This document shows positions 36,267 to 42,226 of a stretch of DNA of 42,226 nucleotides, in pieces. The first letter of the stretch is position 1, and every line of letters starts with the position of its first letter. Below the pieces are notes generated by a model. That model did not search any database. It was not told the DNA's origin and saw only the letters and a program-made list of their open reading frames with translations. The stretch is taken from positions 1 to 42,226 of the forward strand of contig CAYIPT010000003.1 of assembly GCA_964365465.1 (NCBI GenBank). The letters run 5' to 3'. Source of the stretch: an uncultured Candidatus Saccharibacteria bacterium. Its GTDB lineage: Bacteria; Patescibacteriota; Minisyncoccia; Phycocordibacterales; WO2-35-19. The position numbers and the translations under genes were made by a program.

Positions 36267-38171
36267 CTACTCTCCCGCCAACATCCAATTATTGGAAAGG
36301 TAGGCAAAATCAAGAGAATTTACCAAGCCGTCCCTATTAACGTCAGCTAGGGTATCACTGGCGCCCCATTTGCCGTTCATATAGGAAAAGTCCAGGGAAT
36401 TAATCAGTTGGTCGCTGTTGAAATCGCCGGCCGGTAAAGTCGGGAAATTGACATCAAGAACCGAAATGTTCCTCAAATCAACGCCTCCAAGCAATTTAGA
36501 CAAATAACCGGAAACCACTGGCCGGAGAGTGACTGTCGGCAAAAGCCCTGCCGGCACATCTATCGTGTATTGCCCGGAAGTATTCGTGGTAAAGCTTGCC
36601 TGATATATCTTTGAACTGAGATTTGACGGGTTAAGAAATTCAACTGTTCCTGACACATTTCTCTGGCTGGCAGGCGTTCCCTCCGGAACCAAGATTATTC
36701 TTCTTTGGACTAAAAGGGAAAGCATCGGCGTAGTGGCGCTCACTGATGCCGACCTTGCCGAAACATTGCCCGCGACATCAACGGCGGCTACCTGATAGCT
36801 GTATGTAGCGCCGGCAGTCAGTCCCGTATCCAAATAGGCGGTGCTGGCCGTGGTGCCCAAAGAGACACCCCCGCGGAATATTTGGTAATCGGACACTCCA
36901 GACACTGCCTGTCCCGCACCGGTTGGATCTGTGGAAGCGGTCCATGAAATTTGGATTTGGTTTTCACTGGTAGCCGTAGCTGTGACCCCGGCGGGTACCG
37001 TCGGAGAAGTGGTATCCGGCAAAGTTTGAGTGGTCAATGAGTTGTCAAATGAGAGGGCCAGGTTTCCTGCCGCATCGCGGGATCTTATCATGTAATGATA
37101 AACGGTGCCGGCCGAAAGACCCGAAAGAGTCGCCGAGTGAGAAGTGGCTAAAGAGGAATTGAGCGCGGTTGAAGCGCCGTAAGAAGCGGTAAGCCCATAA
37201 TCAACCTGGGTATCGCCCGGTTCGTTGGTGGTCCATGTAATGGTGGCGCCAGAGACGGTGACTCCGGAGACGGCAATGGCGGAAATGGTGGGAGGCGTAA
37301 TGTCCGGCGGGGCTTGAGTGGTGGCACTCGCCGCCGATGAATAAGCGGATAAATTGCCGGCGGCGTCTGTCGCTCTGATTCTGTACCTATAAATGGTGCT
37401 CGCGGAGAGGCCTGTGTCAGAATATGAATTGACGGCGGGAGTGGCGACTTGAGAATAAGTGGTGCAGGTGGCGGACCCCGAACACCTTTCAACTCTGTAT
37501 CCGGTTACCGCCACATTATCAGTGGAGGCAGTCCAGGAAAGATTTATTTGGGAAGAGGACATAACATTCAAAGAAGGGGTGCCCGGAGCGGTGGGGGCGG
37601 TGATGTCAGGAAGGGAAGTAACAGTATAAGAGCCGCTTCCCGCGGAAGCCAGCAAATCCCCGCCCAGTCCGGCAACATTTGTGTCGGTGCTGTTGCCTAG
37701 AGAGAAATCAAAAGCGGTATTTGAAATCCCAACAGCCAAAGCGCGGAAAGTGATAACGGCCAGAGTGCCTGAACCGTTATAAGTGGAGCCGGGATTAGCC
37801 AGCTGAGAAAATTGGATTGAACCGCCCGTGTTGTCCGCCAAGTTTATTATAGTCAAAGGCATAAGAGCTCCCGCCGCAATCTGCGTTCCTGCTGACGCTC
37901 CATCGGCATCCACCACCTGCAAAACACTCGGATTAAAGTGAAGATGGTTAATATCAACTCCATAAGCTCCCTGCCCTCCGGTGTTAACGGCGATATTTAC
38001 AGTAAAAGTGTTATTGACTGAGGCGGAATAGGAAGACGGCGAAAGAGAAACAGATGCGGTCGGCGACACTTGGGCCAGCTGGGTGCCGGCTGGCATCCCC
38101 GCCAAAGTCGCCTGCAATGTGAGCAATATGGCGGTAAGGATGGATACGATTTGTTGCAATGTTTGAATCAT
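36267..38171 (-). CDS. Secreted cohesin - three Fn3-like domains - Ig-like - dockerin protein
   Basis: Cohesin paralogous to the neighbour; three D.T.P...W...L...T.Y.Y...D.AGN repeats; C-terminal GDFNSDQLINSLD / DVNRDGLVNSLD pair. Confidence 0.85.
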   Translation of the reverse strand: MIQTLQQIVSILTAILLTLQATLAGMPAGTQLAQVSPTASVSLSPSSYSASVNNTFTVNIAVNTGGQGAYGVDINHLHFNPSVLQVVDADGASAGTQIAAGALMPLTIINLADNTGGSIQFSQLANPGSTYNGSGTLAVITFRALAVGISNTAFDFSLGNSTDTNVAGLGGDLLASAGSGSYTVTSLPDITAPTAPGTPSLNVMSSSQINLSWTASTDNVAVTGYRVERCSGSATCTTYSQVATPAVNSYSDTGLSASTIYRYRIRATDAAGNLSAYSSAASATTQAPPDITPPTISAIAVSGVTVSGATITWTTNEPGDTQVDYGLTASYGASTALNSSLATSHSATLSGLSAGTVYHYMIRSRDAAGNLALSFDNSLTTQTLPDTTSPTVPAGVTATATSENQIQISWTASTDPTGAGQAVSGVSDYQIFRGGVSLGTTASTAYLDTGLTAGATYSYQVAAVDVAGNVSARSASVSATTPMLSLLVQRRIILVPEGTPASQRNVSGTVEFLNPSNLSSKIYQASFTTNTSGQYTIDVPAGLLPTVTLRPVVSGYLSKLLGGVDLRNISVLDVNFPTLPAGDFNSDQLINSLDFSYMNGKWGASDTLADVNRDGLVNSLDFAYLSNNWMLAGE

Positions 38172-38204
38172 GTTTTTATATTAATTATACGCCTTGATTA
38201 TACC

Positions 38205-38942
38205 CTATGGCGTCCAATTTTGAACCATAATGACGTAGTCAAGGGAGTTGACGATGGTGTCGTGGTTCAGGTCGTAAATGGCATTGTTTTGGTTCCAGGC
38301 CGTAATCATGAGAGATAAGTCAATTGAGTTAACGAGGCCGTCATTGTTGAAGTCGCCTATGATGGGGACGGAATATAAAGCGAGATAGTTCTCCACGCTC
38401 CAGCCGTCGGCGCCCGAATCATAATTCACATTCCACCAGAAGTATCCGTCGGCACTTGTTCCTCCACTGACAATAGTTCCAAGAGAGCCGAGAGATTGAG
38501 TTCCTAATAATGCGCCGGTGGCAGAAGCGGCCGCCCTAACATTGAGGTTTGATGTTGTTTGCACGCGCTGGCCAGCGAAAAACTTGATGGAGGGGGGAAT
38601 GGAGGGAGAGATTGCCTTGCTCACCTGGGGCGAGAAAACACTTTCATTATTTGAAGTGTCGTAGGCGCTGACGGAAAAATAATATGTCAGGCCGTCTGTC
38701 AAATTATTAAAAGTATAAGTCCTGACATTGCCGGCATTCACAGTATTTGAATATCCGCAAAGTCCGCAAATCTTTGGGTCAGTGCCGGTCCTTTGACCGG
38801 TGCCGTAATATATCTTGTATCCCGAAAGGTCCGGCTCAGTATTAGCGTTCCAAGTCACCGTGGCCGAACCGGCCAAAGCGGTGTTTGCATAAAAAGCGAA
38901 AAACAATACCGCCAGTAAAACCAAAACAAATTTATTTTTCAT
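38205..38942 (-). CDS. Secreted Fn3 - SH3-like - dockerin protein
   Basis: Signal peptide; WNANTEPDLSGYKIYYG..TYYFSVSAYDTSNNES; LNVR..GY.WW.V.Y..G..GW; GDFNNDGLVNSID / DLNHDTIVNSLD. Start placed at ATG 38942. Confidence 0.85.
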   Translation of the reverse strand: MKNKFVLVLLAVLFFAFYANTALAGSATVTWNANTEPDLSGYKIYYGTGQRTGTDPKICGLCGYSNTVNAGNVRTYTFNNLTDGLTYYFSVSAYDTSNNESVFSPQVSKAISPSIPPSIKFFAGQRVQTTSNLNVRAAASATGALLGTQSLGSLGTIVSGGTSADGYFWWNVNYDSGADGWSVENYLALYSVPIIGDFNNDGLVNSIDLSLMITAWNQNNAIYDLNHDTIVNSLDYVIMVQNWTP

Positions 38943-39028
38943 ATTATTTGCCATTAATATTAACGCCATTAATTATATATTAAGGAAAATTGGTTGGCTA
39001 GCGCTCCTGTGGATGCAGAAACCTGATT

Positions 39029-39093
39029 CTACGTCCCGCCGACATATTCACCCCGCACCACTTTTGTTGGTGCTGGGGTTCATACGCTCCGAC
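39029..39093 (-). pseudogene. Orphan gene-tail copy D (VGAYE[hairpin]YVGGT*)
   Basis: Shares CCCGCCGACATATTCA and CATACGC with 41040-41060; interrupted by a 28-nt hairpin. Confidence 0.65.
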
Positions 39094-39095
39094 TT

Positions 39096-39148
39096 GCCCT
39101 GTGAAATTCCGCGAAGCGGATACGAGCAAAACTCGTATTTCACAGGGC
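39096..39148. repeat. Branched (Y-shaped) REP-like palindrome
   Basis: GCCCTGTGAAAT...ATTTCACAGGGC enclosing TCCGC-GAA-GCGGA and TACGAG-CAAAA-CTCGTA. Confidence 0.7.
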
Positions 39149-39162
39149 TTTATCGCATTTTC

Positions 39163-39486
39163 TCAGACCTTTACACCGTAAGTTTTGATTTCATTGATTA
39201 AACTGGAATATTTACTGCTGAAATCTGCAGGATTAAAGCCGATAGGTTCAATAACCCACCCTCTGCCGTATGGCAACTTACTATACAAGTAATCCAAAGC
39301 AGACCATGGGCTTTTGAAATGAGGTGAAATAACCGCCACATCAATATCACTGTCCTCTCTGGCGTTTCCTTTGGCATATGAGCCAAACACATATACACCA
39401 ACAATCGGAAAATTATCAGCCTGCAGAAGCTTCTTATATTCTGTGACTTCAGATATTATTTTTTGAGGCAACTTTCTTTTAGCCAT
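39163..39486 (-). CDS. Minimal nucleotidyltransferase (MNT, antitoxin-like)
   Basis: YVFGSYAKG.AREDSDIDVAVIS. Confidence 0.9.
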   Translation of the reverse strand: MAKRKLPQKIISEVTEYKKLLQADNFPIVGVYVFGSYAKGNAREDSDIDVAVISPHFKSPWSALDYLYSKLPYGRGWVIEPIGFNPADFSSKYSSLINEIKTYGVKV

Positions 39487-39660
39487 GATATTAATTTTTC
39501 TGTGATGTTAAGATATTTTTGAGCGTATTCTTTTGTGGCCAGTTTGCGAAATTCCCATTTTTCATCTGAATTCTTTGTCATCAAAAAGTTTCTTCGCCAC
39601 CCTCAAATCCTCATCGGATGACTCTTTATAATACGCTATGGTTTTTTCAAATTCCGACAT
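39456..39660 (-). pseudogene. Internally deleted HEPN-domain gene
   Basis: N-terminal MSEFEKTIAYYKESSDEDLRVAKKLFDDKE joined out of frame to C-terminal DEKWEFRKLATKEYAQKYLNITEKLISWLKE; overlaps the MNT start. Confidence 0.75.
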
Positions 39661-39775
39661 GATGTGATTATATCATATCCCCAAATAAAAAATCAAATTA
39701 GTAAATGATAAACAAAACAACAAAACTTTACAGAAAGATAGTGTCAAAGGCGACCTTTGACATGTTTTGACAGGG

Positions 39776-39906
39776 TTAATTAACGGTGACGCCGGAAGGG
39801 GCGGAGGTCCCGTCTCCGATCTTTGATCGGGACGAGGATCCTCGATTTTGTAACTCCGACTTCTTCGGAGACAAAATCGGGAGAGGAGTGGTGTCGGGCG
39901 TTCCCC
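39776..39906 (-). pseudogene. Orphan gene-tail copy C (GTPDTTP[hairpins]SAPSGVTVN*)
   Basis: Aligns with 42156-42210 once the ~75-nt palindromic insert (about 39808-39882) is removed. Confidence 0.7.
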
Positions 39907-39960
39907 ATTTATCCCGTCCCGCTTAGCGGGACTGGAAATTGTCCCACAGCGGGCCACTCC

Positions 39961-40956
39961 CTACTTCTTTTTCTTCTTTGCTCCCAGCAGCTTTTTCACC
40001 TCGCGGTCAAAGTCGGAAATGTAATCATGGTCCTGAATAACGCGGTATTTGTCATATTCTTTGAGCGCCAGGGCTTCGGCCACTTCGTGGCTGACTTTGC
40101 CGGCATTGCTTAAAATACCCTTTCCCAAAAGAGCCATGTATTCATCAAGCTTCTTAATCCAGTCCTTCATTGTCATTGCCAATTCGCTTTTGGCCTGGAC
40201 TTCGGCAAATGACAGGTATGCGTCAACAATACGATTAAGCATTTGGAGCTCCTTTTCATTCAAATAGTTTTTCGCTATGTAAATATCGCGCTGAATTGGA
40301 TTCAAGCCAGAAAAATTGGTCAGCCCCATTAGCGGCTTTTTACTATCGGCGCGTTCGGTTATAATTTCCGCCGCGGTCTTGCCGGATACCGCGTAATGCA
40401 TCTTATTTTGAACTGTTTTAAAAAACTTCTCGGTCTCTTTGGCATCCTTGCGATAGTCAACACTTGTAGCGTAAATATCGGTTACTTTTTGGTACAGCAT
40501 CCTTTCACTGGAGCGAATATCGCGAATACGCTCCAATAATTCTTCAAAATAACGCGATTTATATCCGCCCTGTTTAAGACGGATATCGTCCATGGTAAAA
40601 CCCTTGACCACATATTCCTTCAGACGGTCAGTCGCCCATTGGCGAAAAAGCGTGCCACGCTCGGAATTTACCCTATAGCCCACGGCGATAATCGCCTCCA
40701 ACCCGTACATCTTAGTATGGTACTCTTTCCCGTCCGCGGCAGTTATTAAGAATTCCTTAATAACTGAATCCTGCCTAAGCTCCCCTGTCTTAAATATGCT
40801 TTTAAGATGCATGTTAATATTGGGAACAGTTGTCCCAAACAGCTCTGCCATGAGCTTTTGCGTCAGCCACACATTTTCATGCTCAAAACGAACCTCTACC
40901 CGGGTTTTTCCGTCTTCCGTGGTGTAAATGATGATTTGTGATTTTTCTTTGGCCAT
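39961..40956 (-). CDS. RhuM/virulence-family DNA-binding protein
   Basis: VWLTQKLMAELF, IIAVGYRVNS, FRQWAT, KGFTMDD.RLK, IRDIRSSER, VQNKMHYA, AKNYL. Confidence 0.9.
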   Translation of the reverse strand: MAKEKSQIIIYTTEDGKTRVEVRFEHENVWLTQKLMAELFGTTVPNINMHLKSIFKTGELRQDSVIKEFLITAADGKEYHTKMYGLEAIIAVGYRVNSERGTLFRQWATDRLKEYVVKGFTMDDIRLKQGGYKSRYFEELLERIRDIRSSERMLYQKVTDIYATSVDYRKDAKETEKFFKTVQNKMHYAVSGKTAAEIITERADSKKPLMGLTNFSGLNPIQRDIYIAKNYLNEKELQMLNRIVDAYLSFAEVQAKSELAMTMKDWIKKLDEYMALLGKGILSNAGKVSHEVAEALALKEYDKYRVIQDHDYISDFDREVKKLLGAKKKKK

Positions 40957-40985
40957 TTTTAAATAATCAAGGATGAAGGATAATT

Positions 40986-41069
40986 TTAATTCACCGATAC
41001 TCCGCTGGGCGCCGCGGGCGGAGTAGTGTCGGGACTTCCCCCGCCGACATATTCATACGCGCCGATGTC
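40986..41069 (-). pseudogene. Orphan gene-tail copy B (DIGAYEYVGGGSPDTTPPAAPSGVSVN*)
   Basis: Intact 27-codon tail with no start codon, 20 nt after the previous stop; 31 nt identical to the window end. Confidence 0.8.
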
Positions 41070-41089
41070 CTTTGTTGGTTTCGAGTTTC

Positions 41090-42064
41090 TTAAACCTCGC
41101 TTATAACCTCAAATCCTTTAAAACTGCCGGTAATAGCCAAGCCAATAATTTGCTCCGCCAAATTTCTCTCTTTTATCTTTCTTGCCGTTTCATTGAGCGT
41201 AGCTCCAGAACCGAGCGCATCGTCTATTAGTAAAACGGTTTTAAATTTTCTGGCATCTTGCATAACTATGGTCCTGCTGGCATTTTCTATTCTGTCCTCA
41301 AGTTTAACCAGTGTTTTCTGCGGCACGGCTACTGGCGTTTTTATTTTAACAAGGTCAATCACCGGAAGAGGCAGCCGGAGCTGCTTTTCCAACTCTTTCA
41401 TAAGCTGGACCTCCCGCTTGACCGTCGGCGGTATAAATCCTACCGCGTTTACTTCAAACTTTTCTGCCAAAAAATTTATTTTGGGCTTGATTTCTTCAAC
41501 CAATTCTTTCATCAGATTTTTGTTCTGGCTTTGCTTGGCGTAAAGAAGCAGTTGGCCGAGTTTTGTTTTACCGAATCGTTCAATGCTGTAGAAATCCAGA
41601 TAAAACACTTTATCCAGAAAGACTTCATCAAAAGTGTGTTTTATTTTATACATGCCATCTACCAGCCCGTCTTTTTTATACATTGAATATTTCTTCAAGG
41701 TTTGGATATATTCTGTGGCTGTTTTTTCAACCGGCAATTTTTGCTTCTGGCACCAATAGGCAAATCCCCCCACTCCCTCTTGCCTTTCGCCGGAAGGAGT
41801 AATTACAAGAAAATTACCGCCGATTATTTTTTTCAAATTATCGCCAATTAGAAACGTCCCCGCCTCTTTAATTTTTTTCGGAGAAACAGAGTAAAAAACC
41901 TTTGGCGGTTTGCCGGCCTTATATATGATTTTTTCTTTAAGCAGCTTGTTAATCTGCCTGTGCACGGCCTGCCGACTGATGCCTAGATAATCAGAAAGTT
42001 CCCCAGCCGCGGCTTCTGGTCTGGTTTTTAGGTATTCAATTATTCTGTCACCCGTCTTTTTCAT
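41090..42064 (-). CDS. Winged-HTH plus phosphoribosyltransferase-fold protein
   Basis: ELSDYLGISRQAVHRQI HTH; VLLIDDALGSGATL PRPP-binding loop. Confidence 0.85.
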   Translation of the reverse strand: MKKTGDRIIEYLKTRPEAAAGELSDYLGISRQAVHRQINKLLKEKIIYKAGKPPKVFYSVSPKKIKEAGTFLIGDNLKKIIGGNFLVITPSGERQEGVGGFAYWCQKQKLPVEKTATEYIQTLKKYSMYKKDGLVDGMYKIKHTFDEVFLDKVFYLDFYSIERFGKTKLGQLLLYAKQSQNKNLMKELVEEIKPKINFLAEKFEVNAVGFIPPTVKREVQLMKELEKQLRLPLPVIDLVKIKTPVAVPQKTLVKLEDRIENASRTIVMQDARKFKTVLLIDDALGSGATLNETARKIKERNLAEQIIGLAITGSFKGFEVISEV

Positions 42065-42155
42065 GTTATAAATGTAGCATAATCTTAAAAAGTTTACAAT
42101 ACACTGTAAACTGTAAACTTAGTGATAAAAAAGAAAAGATTAATGATGAAGAATA

Positions 42156-42226
42156 TTAATTCACGGTGATACCGGAGGGGGCGGAGGGAGAAGTGGTGTC
42201 GGGACTTCCCCCGCCGACATATTCAT
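42156..42226 (-). CDS. 3' end of a probable secreted-protein gene entering from outside the window (tail copy A)
   Basis: Translates to (Y)EYVGGGSPDTTSPSAPSGITVN*. Cannot tell whether the upstream part is intact. Confidence 0.6.
   Translation of the reverse strand, partial: EYVGGGSPDTTSPSAPSGITVN

Noticed and set aside
39673-40113. ORFs 39673-39957 (-) and 39823-40113 (+)
   Set aside because: Chance frames across GC-rich hairpins, the decayed tail C and the antisense of the RhuM-like gene.
1-42226. CRISPR array, cas genes, reverse transcriptase/DGR, integron integrase, rRNA
   Set aside because: No regularly spaced repeat-spacer run and no matching protein motifs among the ORFs; the 39-42 kb repeats are ~1 kb apart and protein-coding in origin.
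26120-42226. Duplicated tRNA-Ala 3' end marking attR
   Set aside because: No convincing copy found by eye; serine recombinases need only a very short core, so the boundary stays undefined.

Overview
Bacterial chromosome segment; gene content and style point to Patescibacteria/CPR, probably Parcubacteria (inference), read with the standard code. Bases 1-26 kb are housekeeping: VanY-type peptidase, hpf, a def-fmt fusion, a helicase-degenerate priA, two mreB paralogues, holB-like, frr, rseP, proS, mreC/mreD-like/PBP2, MurF-like, greA, lysS, mraZ-rsmH-ftsL-ftsI, tRNA-Glu, a TrwB/HerA-like ATPase and tRNA-Ala. An accessory island starts at tRNA-Ala. It holds a large serine recombinase whose stop codon lies inside the tRNA, an unannotated 56-aa ORF, a MerR-like regulator, and a highly structured switch-like RNA preceding a 39-aa hydrophobic peptide. 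It also holds secreted proteins, a trypsin plus beta-flower-like pair, three tandem paralogous Cys/His proteins and a three-gene cohesin/dockerin/Fn3 scaffold locus. The last 3 kb carry four copies of one gene 3' end (GAYEYVGG..PDTT.P.APSG..VN*), three of them orphaned, alternating with single cargo loci (MNT/HEPN remnant, RhuM-like, HTH-PRTase). Best candidates for an undescribed system are the cohesin-dockerin scaffold with a possible split-Fn3 docking tag, the orphan-tail array and the structured RNA at 28.84-28.99 kb. All calls come from reading the sequence; no searches were run.
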